Part shown: in pieces, positions 1-11,995 of the stretch
Layout: the number at the start of each line of letters is the position of its first letter
Position numbering within the stretch: position 1 is the first letter of the stretch
Source of the DNA: Spirochaetia bacterium
GTDB taxonomy: Bacteria > Spirochaetota > Spirochaetia > CADAEX01
Length of the DNA stretch: 64,000 bases
NCBI GenBank assembly: GCA_963662265.2
Contig: CAXXHA010000036.1
Span: 128,001-192,000 of the forward strand
Reading direction: 5' to 3'
Program-made: the position numbers and the translations under genes
The notes under the pieces: model-generated
Seen by the model: the letters and a program-made list of their open reading frames with translations, nothing else
Told to the model about the DNA's origin: nothing
Databases searched by the model: none

Positions 1-66
1 TCGGATAATGAGGATGACGGAGGCGATTCCGGTTCCCGCAGTGCAGGTCATAAGGCTGATGATTGA
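1..66 (+). CDS. 3' end of an unidentified gene running in from the left edge
   Basis: Frame 1 is open from base 1 (SDNEDDGGDSGSRSAGHKADD) to TGA at 64-66; too short to identify. Confidence 0.3.
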   Translation, partial: SDNEDDGGDSGSRSAGHKADD

Positions 67-172
67 GCTGTCAGCATGTTTAAAATGCAGCATGATGCTT
101 TCATATCAGGTGCCTGTAGGCAGATGTTTCAGCTTTTTCAGGTAAAAAGGTGTTTGAGGATTGGAGGAATAA

Positions 173-1180
173 ATGAGAAAAGTATTTGCAGCTGTTTTGA
201 TTTCAACTGTTTTATTAACAGGCTGCGGTATCAAGGAAAAAACTGCGGGGCTTTTCCTGTACAACAGATCAGATCCTTATGTTGATGTTTTTGCCAGGCA
301 TATAGAAGATTTTGCATCAGGCATTTTTTCAGTCGAATCAATGGACTGTCAGAATTCACAGATAATCCAGAATGAATATATTGAAAAGCAGATAAAAAAG
401 AAAAGTGATCTGATGATTATTAATCCTGTGGACAGGCTGGGTGCTTATTCTGTAATCAGGAAACTGAAATCTGTTGATATCCCTGTGATTTTCTTCAACA
501 GGGAACCCCTTGCCGAGGATCTTGATCTCTGGGAAAAAGCTTATTATGTGGGAGCAAAGGCTGAGCAGTCGGGGCGTCTCCAGGCTGAGATGATTATGGA
601 GCTTTTCGGAGGAGATCCTGAGAATCTAAATAAATATGACAGAAACAGTAACGGCTTTATCGAAACAGTCATTCTCAAGGGGGAACAGGGGCATCAGGAT
701 GCAGAGATCAGAACAGCGGAAGTTGTAAAGGCATTTAATGAGAATAATTTCCGTCTTGATATTCTTGTAACAGAGGTTGCCAACTGGAAGCGGGATGAAG
801 CCTATGAAAAGATGAAGTATCTCATTGATATTCATGGGGATAGAATAGAGCTTGTTATTTCAAACAATGATGCAATGGCGCTCGGTGCAATAAGTATAAT
901 GAGGCAGTCAGGTCTTTTCCGTGATACAAACGGAAATAATTCAATAGACAGGGATGATGATTTCTGGATACCTGTTGTCGGAATTGACGGGCTTGATGAG
1001 GCGGTTGAGATGATTAAAGAGGGGTATCTCTACGGTTCTGTTCTGAATGATTCATATTCCCAGGCAAGGGCAATAGCGGAACTTGCAGATGTTATACTTA
1101 ATAAGAGAAAACCTGATAAAATGAATTTTCCCCTGGTGGACGATAAGTATATCTGGATTGATTACAAGCCTCTCAAGTGA
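173..1180 (+). CDS. MglB-like galactose/glucose-binding lipoprotein (second paralog, possibly sensor-associated)
   Basis: GGAGG RBS at ~162; lipobox LLTGC; periplasmic binding protein motifs PVIFFNREP, LKGEQGHQDAEIRT, SNNDAMALGA, Ca-loop DRNSNG. Confidence 0.85.
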   Translation: MRKVFAAVLISTVLLTGCGIKEKTAGLFLYNRSDPYVDVFARHIEDFASGIFSVESMDCQNSQIIQNEYIEKQIKKKSDLMIINPVDRLGAYSVIRKLKSVDIPVIFFNREPLAEDLDLWEKAYYVGAKAEQSGRLQAEMIMELFGGDPENLNKYDRNSNGFIETVILKGEQGHQDAEIRTAEVVKAFNENNFRLDILVTEVANWKRDEAYEKMKYLIDIHGDRIELVISNNDAMALGAISIMRQSGLFRDTNGNNSIDRDDDFWIPVVGIDGLDEAVEMIKEGYLYGSVLNDSYSQARAIAELADVILNKRKPDKMNFPLVDDKYIWIDYKPLK

Positions 1181-1305
1181 ATTATCTTCCTGTCTAAGTG
1201 TCTTCCTTTCTGTTTACCATGTCTCTGTTTTAGTCTTTTTATAAATAACTGCTTCCAATATGCAACAGTTTTACTTCTTTCTATCTCATTTCCAGCAATT
1301 CTGAA

Positions 1306-1346
1306 GTTTTGTAAAAATCTCGAATAATATCTCCTGTTTTGTAAAA
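1306..1346 (+). promoter_or_regulatory. Direct repeat GTTTTGTAAAA x2 (30-bp period) upstream of mglB; possible transcription-factor sites
   Basis: Copies at 1306-1316 and 1336-1346 in the intergenic region. Confidence 0.35.
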
Positions 1347-1446
1347 TCGCACAAATTTTGGATAGGATATTACATTGTTTTACGGAATCAGGCTGTTAGA
1401 ATTGATAACATCGATATTTTTCATATTTTATAAAAGGAGATTTTAA

Positions 1447-2463
1447 ATGAAAAAATCAATTCTGATTGCTTTAATCATTATGATGGTTCCTGCTCTTATT
1501 TTTGCAGGCGGTAAAAAAGAAGATGACAAAATTGTAATTGGTGCCAATATCTACACTTTTGCTGATAACTTCATGAACGGTGTTATGAAACCTGAACTTG
1601 AAAGTTATGCAGCTGAAAAAGGTGTTGAAATACAGGTTGTTGACTCAGAAGGCCAGCAGGCGAAACTCAACGACCAGGTAGATGTTTTTATTACAAAAAA
1701 AGTTGATGTTCTTGCTATCAACCTTGTTGACCCTGCTGCTGCGCAGGCAATTATCGACAAAGCAAAAGCTGCTGATATTCCTCTTGTTCTTTTCAACAAG
1801 GAAGCAACAGAAGCAGGTGCTATGACTTCTTATGATAAAGTATGGTATGTAGGTACAGATTCAGCTGAATCAGGAATTATTCAGGGCCAGATGATGGTTG
1901 CTGACTGGAAAAAGAATCCTGAATGGGATAAAAACGGCGATGGAGTTGTACAGTATGTAATGCTCAAAGGTGAACCCGGACATCCTGATGCTGAAGCAAG
2001 AACAAGAGAATCTGTAAAAGCTTTTGTTGATGCAGGTATCAAAGTAAAACAGCTTGCTCTTGAAGCTGACCCCAACTGGTCAACAGCACACGGCAATGAC
2101 AAAATGGCTGCATGGCTTACATCAAGCTTCGGCAATGATATCGAACTTGTAATCTGCAACAACGACGGAATGGGATTCGGAGCAATTACTGCTATGAAAG
2201 CTGCAGGCGTAAGACTTCCTATTTACAGTGTTGATGCGCTTGACCAGGCTCTCACACATATTGCTGACGGCGAACTTGATGGAACAGTTCTCAACGATGG
2301 TGTAAACCAGGCAAGAGCTACTGTAGACCTTGCAGTTAACGCAGCTATGGGAAAAGATGTAACTGAAGGTACAGACTGGAAAATTGACGGACCAAAAACT
2401 AAAGCTGTCAGAGTTCCTTATGTAGCAGTAACTCCTGAAAACTATCAGGATTTCCAGAAATAA
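1447..2463 (+). CDS. mglB: Galactose/methyl-galactoside ABC transporter substrate-binding protein
   Basis: AAGGAG RBS; LAINLVDP, WDKNGDGVVQYVMLKGEPGHPDAEART, CNNDGMG, GTVLND motifs; precedes mglA/mglC. Confidence 0.9.
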   Translation: MKKSILIALIIMMVPALIFAGGKKEDDKIVIGANIYTFADNFMNGVMKPELESYAAEKGVEIQVVDSEGQQAKLNDQVDVFITKKVDVLAINLVDPAAAQAIIDKAKAADIPLVLFNKEATEAGAMTSYDKVWYVGTDSAESGIIQGQMMVADWKKNPEWDKNGDGVVQYVMLKGEPGHPDAEARTRESVKAFVDAGIKVKQLALEADPNWSTAHGNDKMAAWLTSSFGNDIELVICNNDGMGFGAITAMKAAGVRLPIYSVDALDQALTHIADGELDGTVLNDGVNQARATVDLAVNAAMGKDVTEGTDWKIDGPKTKAVRVPYVAVTPENYQDFQK

Positions 2464-2525
2464 TAATCTAATACCGGAGCTTTATTCAGCTTTTCAAGAA
2501 AGATAATTTAAAGTTCCGGATCAGG

Positions 2526-2555
2526 TCAGGCAGGGAAGAATGTTTCCCTGCCTGA
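2526..2555 (+). terminator. Stem-loop between mglB and mglA (mRNA-stabilising or partial terminator)
   Basis: TCAGGCAGGGAA-gaatgt-TTCCCTGCCTGA perfect 12-bp inverted repeat, no U-tract. Confidence 0.6.
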
Positions 2556-2571
2556 ATCTATAATAAGAGAG

Positions 2572-4104
2572 GTGTTCCTTTTGGAAACAGAATATCTGTT
2601 AAGTATAAAGAATGTTAACAAGTCATTCTCCGGAGTAAGAGTACTTAAAGATGTATGTCTTGATGTAAAACCCGGAACAGTTCATTCCCTGATGGGAGAA
2701 AACGGTGCTGGTAAATCCACTCTCATGAAATGCCTGTTCGGTATTTACAGACAGGACTCAGGAGAGTTTTTTCTTCAGGGAGAAGAATTTAATTTTACCG
2801 ATCCAAAGCATGCACTGGAAAACGGCGTATCAATGGTTCATCAGGAGCTTAACCAGGTTACAAAGAGAACTATTACAGACAATATATGGCTGGGAAGGTA
2901 CCCTGTAAAAAGCGTGTTTATTGATGAAAAGAAAATGTATACAGATACCATTGACCTTTTCAAACGTCTTAATATACACCTTGATCCCAGGATAAGACTG
3001 GATAAACTTTCAGTGTCCCAGAGGCAGATGGTTGAAATTGCAAAAGCTGTTTCATACAACGCAAAAATAATAGTGCTTGATGAGCCTACATCCTCGCTTA
3101 CTGCTCATGAAGTCCAGATGCTTTTCGATATAATGAAGGTCCTGAAAGAAGAGGGTGTGGGAATTGTTTATATCTCCCATAAGATGGAAGAGATTTTTGA
3201 AGTCTCAGATGAAGTAACAGTTCTCAGGGATGGCACATATATCGGAACCGAAGCAATAGAAAATCTGACAATGGAAAAGATTGTTAACATGATGGTCGGA
3301 AGGGAACTTGAAGACCGCTTCCCTCCCAAGACAAATGAACCGGCAGGAATACATATGGCAGTCAAGAACCTGACGACAAGATACAAGCCTGTTGTCCATG
3401 ATGTTAATTTTGACCTGAGAAGAGGTGAAATCCTTGGAATTGCAGGTCTTGTAGGGGCAGGAAGAACTGAGCTCCTTGAAGCTCTCTTCGGCGCAAGAAC
3501 GCTGCAGAGCGGTGAAATATATATAGACGGAAAACTGATTAATAATTCAGATCCTCATAAGGCGATAAACAACAGTTTCGCACTCCTTACAGAGGAAAGG
3601 CGTGAAACAGGAATTTATCCTATAGCAGACATTACTTTCAATTCATGTATATCAAATATCCAGTCATATAAAAACAGCATCGGCCTTCTTGGCGAGAAGA
3701 AGATGAAAGATGATACAGACCTTCAGATAAGAAATATGAGAATAAAAACTCCTCACAGAAGGGAGAAGATCCGGGCATTGAGCGGCGGTAATCAGCAGAA
3801 AGTTATCATAGGCAGATGGCTACTGACAAATCCTGATATTCTGCTTCTTGATGAACCTACCCGGGGTATTGATGTCGGAGCGAAATATGAAATCTATCAG
3901 CTTATAATCAATCTTGCCAAAGAGGGGAAATCAATAATTGTTGTATCCTCGGAAATGCCGGAACTTCTCGGTATTACCAACAGGATAATGGTTATGAGTA
4001 ACGGTTTTGTCTCAGGCATAGTAAATACAGATGAAACAACACAGACAGAAATATTTAACCTGTCGACAAAATATTTGAATAATAACAGAGAGGCGGAAGT
4101 ATGA
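2572..4104 (+). CDS. mglA: Galactose ABC transporter ATP-binding protein (true start perhaps TTG 2581)
   Basis: Walker [10 protein letters not shown], two ABC halves, LDEPT x2, LSGGNQQK. Confidence 0.92.
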   Translation: MFLLETEYLLSIKNVNKSFSGVRVLKDVCLDVKPGTVHSLMGENGAGKSTLMKCLFGIYRQDSGEFFLQGEEFNFTDPKHALENGVSMVHQELNQVTKRTITDNIWLGRYPVKSVFIDEKKMYTDTIDLFKRLNIHLDPRIRLDKLSVSQRQMVEIAKAVSYNAKIIVLDEPTSSLTAHEVQMLFDIMKVLKEEGVGIVYISHKMEEIFEVSDEVTVLRDGTYIGTEAIENLTMEKIVNMMVGRELEDRFPPKTNEPAGIHMAVKNLTTRYKPVVHDVNFDLRRGEILGIAGLVGAGRTELLEALFGARTLQSGEIYIDGKLINNSDPHKAINNSFALLTEERRETGIYPIADITFNSCISNIQSYKNSIGLLGEKKMKDDTDLQIRNMRIKTPHRREKIRALSGGNQQKVIIGRWLLTNPDILLLDEPTRGIDVGAKYEIYQLIINLAKEGKSIIVVSSEMPELLGITNRIMVMSNGFVSGIVNTDETTQTEIFNLSTKYLNNNREAEV

Positions 4105-5135
4105 GCGATTTAACAGATATACGAAAAACCCTTTTATCAAAAGATAAGGAATGGTGGAAAGAACAGCTGATCAATAATGCAATTTATATTGTCATATTTG
4201 CAATTATTGTATTTATAATTATAAGGGAACCTGCATTTGTTTCATTTGCAGTATTCAAAAATATTCTTACACAGTCATCTGTAAGGCTTATACTTGCATT
4301 CGGTGTTGCGGGAATTATTATACTGCAGGGAACAGACCTTTCGCTCGGGCGAATGGTAGGCTTTGCTGCAGTAGTTTCAGGATCTCTTCTTCAGAGAGTG
4401 GATTATGCAAACCGGTTCTACCCTGATATGGATCCTCTCCCGATATTTCTTCCCATGCTTGCAGCAATATTAATCTGCTCATTCTTCAGTGCGATAAACG
4501 GTTTTGTTGTCGCAAAATATAAAATACACCCTTTTCTTGCAACAATGGGTATGATGATAACCCTTTATGGTATTCTTTCAATCTATTTTGCATCCGGGGC
4601 TCCCGGTCCCCAGCCTATCGGCGGATTCGATGAGAGATATACACAGTTTGTAATCGGATCAACATTCGGTATTCCAAATCTTGTTTTAATAGCCGGCATC
4701 ATAAGTATACTGGTCTGGATTCTGTGGAACAAGACGACATTTGGAAAGAACATGTATGCAGTAGGGGGTAATCCTGAGGCTGCAAAAGTATCAGGTGTAA
4801 ATGTAATGAAGACATTTCTCCTTGTTTATATTCTTGCAGGTGTTCTCTACGGTGTCGGCGGATTTCTGGAAGCAGCACGAATAGGGAGCGCAAACAACGG
4901 TACAGGGTTCGGATATGAGCTTGATGCAATTGCGGCCTGCGTAGTAGGGGGAATTTCATTCAGCGGAGGTATCGGCAAGGTATCAGGCGCTATTGTCGGC
5001 GTACTCATGTTTACAATTATCAGTTATGGCATGACATTCATGGGGCTTGATATGTACTACCAGTACATAATTAAAGGGATAATTATTGTAGCTGCGGTAT
5101 CTCTTGATACAAAGAAATACCTCAAGAAATCATAG
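4101..5135 (+). CDS. mglC: Galactose ABC transporter permease
   Basis: [39 protein letters not shown] motifs; ATGA overlap with mglA. Confidence 0.92.
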   Translation: MSDLTDIRKTLLSKDKEWWKEQLINNAIYIVIFAIIVFIIIREPAFVSFAVFKNILTQSSVRLILAFGVAGIIILQGTDLSLGRMVGFAAVVSGSLLQRVDYANRFYPDMDPLPIFLPMLAAILICSFFSAINGFVVAKYKIHPFLATMGMMITLYGILSIYFASGAPGPQPIGGFDERYTQFVIGSTFGIPNLVLIAGIISILVWILWNKTTFGKNMYAVGGNPEAAKVSGVNVMKTFLLVYILAGVLYGVGGFLEAARIGSANNGTGFGYELDAIAACVVGGISFSGGIGKVSGAIVGVLMFTIISYGMTFMGLDMYYQYIIKGIIIVAAVSLDTKKYLKKS

Positions 5136-5317
5136 TAAAATCTATATAAACGATTTTGCTATTTGGGCGCATATATAAAACCTGAAGAATGAAGGTTTTC
5201 ATGCGATTATAACAGAATTTATATAAATAATTCCGGAATTCGGGAGTATATTTTAAGAAATCTAAGCATTGCAAAGATTTATTATACTCCCCAATCCCAC
5301 CTTTTCATAATGTCTCC

Positions 5318-5357
5318 AGGCTGTCCGGCAGAAAATCCCCTTTTTTCCGGACAGCCT
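5318..5357. terminator. Probable bidirectional terminator between convergent mglC and uxs
   Basis: AGGCTGTCCGG...CCGGACAGCCT 11-bp inverted repeat. Confidence 0.6.
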
Positions 5358-5363
5358 CTTTAA

Positions 5364-6311
5364 TTAAGAATGATTTTTAAAATACCCAATTGTTTTTCTT
5401 AATCCTTCTTCCAGACTTACTTTTACTTTCCAGTTGATTTCTTTTTCTGCCAGATCAGTAACAGGACACCGCCTTTTGGGATCATCCTGAGGCAGGGGCA
5501 TAAATGTTATTTCTGATTTGCTTCCGGTTATTCTAATTACTATTTCAGAAAGCTCTTTTATTGTAACCTGATCCGGGTTTCCTATATTTACAGGACCCGT
5601 GAAATTATCCCGAGTCTCCATTAAGCTAATCATTCCAACTATTAAATCATCCACATAGCAGAAACTCCTGCTCTGGCTCCCATCGCCGTAAATTGTGATA
5701 TTTTTATTTTTAAGAGCCTGCATTATAAAATTACTTACAACACGGCCGTCATCAGGGCGCATTTTTGGGCCATAAGTGTTGAATATTCTCATTACTTTGA
5801 TTTTTACATTATCCTGTCTGAAGTAGTCAAAGAACAATGTCTCTGCGCATCTTTTACCTTCATCGTAACAGGCCCTTATTCCTATTGGATTTACAGATCC
5901 TTTATAATTTTCAGGCTGAGGATGTATTTCAGGATCTCCATATATTTCCGAAGTTGATGCCTGGAGGATTTTTGAATTTGTTTTTTTTGCAAGTTCAAGC
6001 ATGTTAACGGAACCTATTACAGATGTTTTTGTTGTCTGTACCGGATCATATTGATAATGTACCGGAGAAGCGGGACAAGCCAGATTATATATTTCATCAA
6101 TTTCCATATTCAGGGGCTCTGTAATATCATGTTGGAGTAATTCAAAATTAGGATGTTCCAGCAGAGCCTGAATATTTTTTTTATTGCCTGTTGAAAAATT
6201 ATCAACACATATTACATTGTGCCCATTATCTACAAGTTTTCTGCAAAGGTTGCTCCCTAAAAAGCCTGCACCGCCTGTGACCAGTATTTTCTTTTTCATT
6301 AAATTTCTCAT
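5364..6311 (-). CDS. UDP-glucuronate decarboxylase (UDP-xylose synthase-like SDR)
   Basis: [57 protein letters not shown] are UXS-family motifs. Confidence 0.9.
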   Translation of the reverse strand: MRNLMKKKILVTGGAGFLGSNLCRKLVDNGHNVICVDNFSTGNKKNIQALLEHPNFELLQHDITEPLNMEIDEIYNLACPASPVHYQYDPVQTTKTSVIGSVNMLELAKKTNSKILQASTSEIYGDPEIHPQPENYKGSVNPIGIRACYDEGKRCAETLFFDYFRQDNVKIKVMRIFNTYGPKMRPDDGRVVSNFIMQALKNKNITIYGDGSQSRSFCYVDDLIVGMISLMETRDNFTGPVNIGNPDQVTIKELSEIVIRITGSKSEITFMPLPQDDPKRRCPVTDLAEKEINWKVKVSLEEGLRKTIGYFKNHS

Positions 6312-6424
6312 TCTGTAAATTAAATATTGAATTTAATTTTATCATAAAAACAGCTGGAATTATTATTTTTCTAAATATTCAGTAATTCCTGTTTACCAGG
6401 GTAGAATAAGTCGATAATTAACAG

Positions 6425-7591
6425 ATGAAACAAAAAAAGCTGAAAAACAATATAAATATTTTTTCATTTCTAATAATCATGTCTTTCATTTTTGCTGTAT
6501 TATTGCCGGCATCTGTATCTGCAAAGGAATATTTTCTCGAAGACTGGCAGTGCTATGTAGATATGCCGCAGGGACTTGATCCGCTTGGAATGACAAAAAC
6601 AAAAGCAACATTCGGAAACAGCAAGGAAAATGTCTTTTTCCAGGTAAAGGTCTATCCTGCAGACAAGTACAGTACTGCGGATGATATATTCAGGGATATC
6701 AAAAATCAGCTGAGAGCGGAAGGGGATGGATATACGTTCAAGTACAACGGAAATGATTCAGTTTTTGCTGATATAAGTTTCAGTACAGATCTTGCATCTT
6801 ACAGGGCATACAGTGTTTTTATAAACAGCGGCAAATATGATATAGCTGTGCTTTCATTCTGCGAAAAAGAGATTTATGATGATGCCCATTTTTATATACT
6901 ATCTGCGCTTGATTCATTTTCAGATTCATATTCTGCCCTTTATTCACCGGGACCTGTAAGCAGCTTTTTTGAGCAGACCGGGAAAAAATCACCGCTTCTG
7001 GAGATTGCAGTGCCGGTTGGTAATGCAAAGTTTGTATTTGAAGCAGACGGCAGATCGGTAGAGGCTGCCGAGATAACAGCCGAGCGGGAAGCGCGGGTCC
7101 TTGCATTATTTAAACCGGAAGATACTGATGCGTGGAGCCGGTTTTACAGGATGATATACCGGGATAACTACAAGAGGATAGATGCCCTTTTTTATACTTT
7201 AAGAGATAATCTGCTCCGTGGGACTAAAGACCCTGAGGAAATATCAAAAAAGCTTCTTTCATGGCTTCAGAAATTTTCATATTCAAGAACAGGTACTATT
7301 GCGGATTTTTCCCCTCCATTGACAGCGCTTAAGGACTATTCTGCCGACTGTGATTCGCTCGGGATTTTATATATTATTCTTCTCAAAAAGCTCGGGATAG
7401 ATGCTATTCTGATGGTCTCGTCCGAGTATTCCCACTCAATGGCTGCCGTGGATGTTGGGGGTAATGGCGCCCGGTTTCCGTATAAGGGGAAGAAATATCT
7501 TGTGGCGGAGCTCACAAAGGATGTAGCTCTTGGACAGATAAATGCGAAGATGGCTGACCCTGCAAAATGGCTGGGGATTGAGTTTAAGTAG
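6425..7591 (+). CDS. Secreted protein with C-terminal transglutaminase-like (Cys-His) domain
   Basis: Signal peptide; C-terminal ADCDSLGILY...SHSMAAV...YLVAELT pattern of transglutaminase-like cysteine proteinases. Confidence 0.6.
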   Translation: MKQKKLKNNINIFSFLIIMSFIFAVLLPASVSAKEYFLEDWQCYVDMPQGLDPLGMTKTKATFGNSKENVFFQVKVYPADKYSTADDIFRDIKNQLRAEGDGYTFKYNGNDSVFADISFSTDLASYRAYSVFINSGKYDIAVLSFCEKEIYDDAHFYILSALDSFSDSYSALYSPGPVSSFFEQTGKKSPLLEIAVPVGNAKFVFEADGRSVEAAEITAEREARVLALFKPEDTDAWSRFYRMIYRDNYKRIDALFYTLRDNLLRGTKDPEEISKKLLSWLQKFSYSRTGTIADFSPPLTALKDYSADCDSLGILYIILLKKLGIDAILMVSSEYSHSMAAVDVGGNGARFPYKGKKYLVAELTKDVALGQINAKMADPAKWLGIEFK

Positions 7592-9379
7592 GGGGTATAA
7601 ATCCCCGGCCTTCCATGTTAAGCTGTCTTGCTGCTTCCCATATTTCCGGCCACCAGAAAAGCATTTCCCCGCATTTTTTGATATAATGCTGAAATAAAGT
7701 AAGAGCTTTTTTTTTGTTTTCCATTTTCCTGAGTTCAGCGGGGATTACTGATAGATCCGATAAAGCTTCCTGGATTAATAATTCTTTATAATTAAGCATA
7801 TCTTTTATCCACCATTCAGGACTTCGCTCGTGAAAATCAAACAGATAATTTATATGTGTTATTAGACTTTTTATATATCCTAACTGAATCAGCTTTAGTT
7901 GTTCTTCAAAATCTGAAATATTAAGATTTCCGAATTCCTGAAACCTCTTACCTGTTTCTTTCAAACGGTTTTCACCTGGAGGATTCAAAAACTCTGATGT
8001 CATTTTTCTGATCAAAAGTGATGAATAAACTCCTGTATCTAATGAAACATCTTTGAAAGAGCTTTCAGAAAAAGAGAGTTTTTCTGCCGGATTATGAAAA
8101 AGGGCATAGGGAATATGCATAGTCAATCCGTATTCAAAGCATCTGTTGAGAAGTATTCCAAAATTCGTATCTTCTCTTCTTCCAAGAGGCAGACATGGAG
8201 GAGGAATTCTTCTGTTATCAGTTGAATATGTTCCTCCCATGAGGAAATCCCCTCTGTCCATTATATAATCCATTGTTGAATTAATATTAAATCCGTCTTT
8301 TTTGATGTTATTGTAATCATTAATATTATCAAAGAAAATTCTTTCTTCCTCCTGTAAAAGAGGCAGATAAGGATTTTGATACCATCTTCCGCCGCAATAA
8401 CCTGCAGAGATTGTCTGAATAATAAGATTATTTTTCTCAATTAACATTGCTGTGTTTGAGGGAATATTATATAATGAAATATCATTTGGATTAATACTTG
8501 ATATGCTTTCCCTGTTATTCTTTTAAATTCATCTATCATATTATAATTACTTTTAATTTTTAATTTATCAGATAGCAGTGTAATTTCCGGAGTAAATAAA
8601 GGTTTTGATTGATATTGTTCAGTTAGTATAAACTGAAATTTACTTTTTTCTTTTTTGGAATAGAATATATATTCAATATCATCATCGCTTGAATAGATTC
8701 TATATCCTGCAGTTGCAAGAAGAAGAGCATTTCTGTTGCTGCCTGTTGATTTGGCATTAAATAATTTCCCGTTTGTTGACATTAAAAAATCTGTGAGTTC
8801 TTTTATTTTATTATTACCAAGCCTTTTTATTATCTCTTGAGACAGATTTTTCTTTTTCCCCATATCAAAATGCAATATTCTACCGGGATAATCTATGCTT
8901 CTGTCTTTTATTATTTTTGTTGTTAAATTTAATTCTTTACTGGAATCTGTATCATCACATATTATAATCGGTATTTTGTCAGCATAATAATGGGGAGAGT
9001 GTATACGGCAATCAAGCCATCTTTTAATCATGTTTGGGCGATTATAAGTAACACAACAGGAAATGAGATCATTGTTTTGATGATATGAAGTATTATTTGA
9101 ACTACCTTTTATTAAGTTATTCTCTTTTCTTAAAAAACCGAATTTTATCCATTTATTTAATATTTCTCCTAATAATGAAGAGGATATTCCGGAGAGTTCT
9201 GATTCTTTTAAAATTTCTCCATGCTGTAATAATGTTTTACATCCGGAAAGTGACATTAAGAGTTCTGCTTCAAAAGCACTTATTATATGAGTAGTATCAT
9301 CATTTAAATTTTCAGCAAAGAATCTGTTTTTACCGGCTTTGATAAAATTGAAATATGCTGAGTAATATTTTTGTTCCAA
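7584..9379 (-). CDS. RRE-like + GT-A/GT2 glycosyltransferase, paralog type B, unit 3 (frameshift near 8450-8500)
   Basis: ORFs 8441-9379 and 7584-8447 align end to end with intact paralog 12895-14706; motifs VTYNRP, IIICDDT, GSNRN, YSSDDD, GRREDTNF, CGEMLFWWPEIW. Confidence 0.75.
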
Positions 9380-9383
9380 TATT

Positions 9384-11163
9384 TTATTTTCTCCCGGATG
9401 TATTTATTTCTAATGCAGCTTTCCATATAGCTGGCCAGTTTTTTTATTAATGATCCGTAATTACTGAAAAATAATTTATATTGTTTTATTGCTTTCTCTG
9501 TTGAGTATTTTTTTCTGAATTCTGCAGGCAGTGAATTTGTTTTAATTACAGATTGTTTTTCAAGTAATTCAATATATTCTGCAGCATCAGATGCCCAATG
9601 CCGGGGCTTGTGATTATATTGTTCAAGCAGCCTTTCAATCTGTTCAATAATTTTACATACATATTCCATCCATTTTTTATGGCAGAATGCGATGAAATCA
9701 TTATCAGAAAGATTTGAAAATGTTATTAAACTATTTCCAACTTTTTCATAATTGTTTGATACTGGAAATAGATCTCCGTAGTAAATTAAACTATCGATAA
9801 TTAGATTTGTGATAAGTCCAAAATCTGCACTTGTGTCTTGATAGGTTTCATCTGACATTTTTTTCTTATTGGAAAAATCATGAAATATTGAGAAAGGCAA
9901 ATGCCCTATCAAACTGCAGTTATCCAGACCCTGAAGTAAAGATGCCCAGATGCCATCCTGATTTCTTCCGTTTGGAGGAAAAGGAGGTACCATAACTTCC
10001 AGATTAATTCCTGTAAGTGCTGCTGCATAAAACGGAAACCTGCTGAGAAGGATATTATTAGAGTGCAATGTAGTAAAAGGATTTGCTTTCAGCATGGAAT
10101 AATCAGACTTTTTTTTATATTCTTTTTTTCTTGTTGAAGAAGAATTTAAATAAATACCATGGGGGCGGCTGAACCATTTTCCTCCATAAATACCTGTAAT
10201 AACAGTTGTAATCATGCTGCTTTCTTTTACTAAAGCAGATGTCATTTCCGGGGAAGAATCTTTATATTGTACTGATTTCCCCTTTTCAATGTGGCGATTT
10301 AAAAAATCATTGGTTTTTTCCCCAAGAATATCTGATATACTTGATATCAAATCAATTTCAACAGGTTTAAAATGTTTTTTTACTGTTTCCATATTGCTGA
10401 ATATGTTTATATCCGGAATTTTGTTTTTTGCTAATTCAATTTCACTTTTATTATCATTATGCGAAAGCGGCTCAAACAATATATCATCATCAAAACAGAT
10501 TATTTTTTTCCCTGAAAGCTTTAACAGCGAATTATTTCTGTTTCCTCCTGTTGCCGGGAGGAAGGATAGATCAGGATCTCCTGATAAAGCATACTCAATA
10601 AGTTCACTGCTTATACCCTTTTTCGATGTTTGTTTTTTTAGTAAATTTAGAAAATGATTTTTTTCTGATTTCCCGAAATAAAATGTTTTTATTTTATATT
10701 CTTGTCCAATAACTCCAGTAGTTTTTCTGTTCAATGATTGAGTATAAGCGTCCTCCGAATCATCAAAAACATTAATAGTTGAATTTTTATGTCTTGAATA
10801 AATATTTTCAGCTATACTTTTCAATGCACTTTCCAGTAATTCAGGTCTATTACAGGTTATAGCTGCCAGTTCGATATCATGATTTTGATTACCGGTATTT
10901 TTTAAATCAGGCAGCTGAATAATCAGATTATTTCCTGTAATTTCTTCCAATATTTCTTTGCCAATCCCCGTATGAAGATAATCAGATATTTCACTTTTAA
11001 ATTTTTGTATTGGTTTTAATCCTGACAGGCGGGAATATATTAAAGCACTTTCTGTTTTAATAATTGAAGTTTTTTTAGATAGAAAATTATATAAAAAATA
11101 AAAATCAGGATCTGCTGCAAAAAAAGCAGCAGATCCTGGAAGATAATAGTTTTTTTTATTCAT
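9384..11163 (-). CDS. RRE-like + GT-A/GT2 glycosyltransferase, paralog type A, unit 3
   Basis: AITCNRPELL, VFDDS, GGNRN, ICFDDD, GRNQDGIW; a frameshift in the A-run near 9440 hides the true end NWPAIWKAALEINTSGRK* (TAA 9384-9386). Confidence 0.75.
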
Positions 11164-11171
11164 AAAACAAA

Positions 11172-11976
11172 TCAGCAGTAAAATGTGTAATAGGTAAAAG
11201 ATATATCTGTTTTTGTTGCACCTGGAAGGATTTCAAATGTTTCTGATACTGCTACATCTGAGCCGGCAGAGATATATTCAGAGCTCCTTGCAAGTATTTT
11301 CATTTTTCTTCCGGGAAGCATATCAATATATTGATATGGATAAGGAGAAGGTGCTCCGAATAAATATTCTTCCATTTTTATATTAGCTGGTATACTGTAT
11401 CTGTCGAAATTTATACCTGATCCGGTTATTTCAACATAGTTATTGAAAACATATTCATCAAGAAGGAGAAAATAAACTTCTGATCCAAAACTACCTGATA
11501 GATCTACTGATAGAGAAGCATTTGCAGCCTGTTTTAACATAAGTGATACATTTGTGTTTTCTCCTTCTGCTACTGTAAACGGAAAAGATAAACCAGCTTC
11601 TTTCATATACCAATCTTCGTTTGGAGTGCTGTATTCTTCAAAATATTCTGCAAGCAATTCCAGTTCTGTTTCTGAAGGTACTCCTGTTACTGTTACAGAA
11701 CCTCCTGTATCGGTATTGCTGTATGTGAATTCAACAGGACCAGAAACAGAGATCTGTTCAGGGTAATCTGAATCATATGATATTTCTGAAGCTGTTTGAG
11801 TAGTTTTCATATCAGCTGAACTGAAAAATTTTAATTTTAAAGTTATAGTCCCCGGAGCAGATGCTTTACTTACAGGCAGATTAAATGTAATTGTACCGCT
11901 TTTTGAATTTTGTATCTTCGATGTAGCAGGAAAGAAAAAGACTTGAAATTAATAATATTAACAATAATTTTTTCAT
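11172..11976 (-). CDS. Two-domain beta-rich lipoprotein, unit 3 (one frameshift near 11905)
   Basis: ATG 11976 gives MKKLLLILLISSLFLSC lipobox; removing one A joins it to ORF 11172-11810; internal repeat AGLSFPFTVAEG / AVSETFEILPG; ends YYTFYC. Confidence 0.7.
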
Positions 11977-11995
11977 AAATGATTAACCCCTTTTA

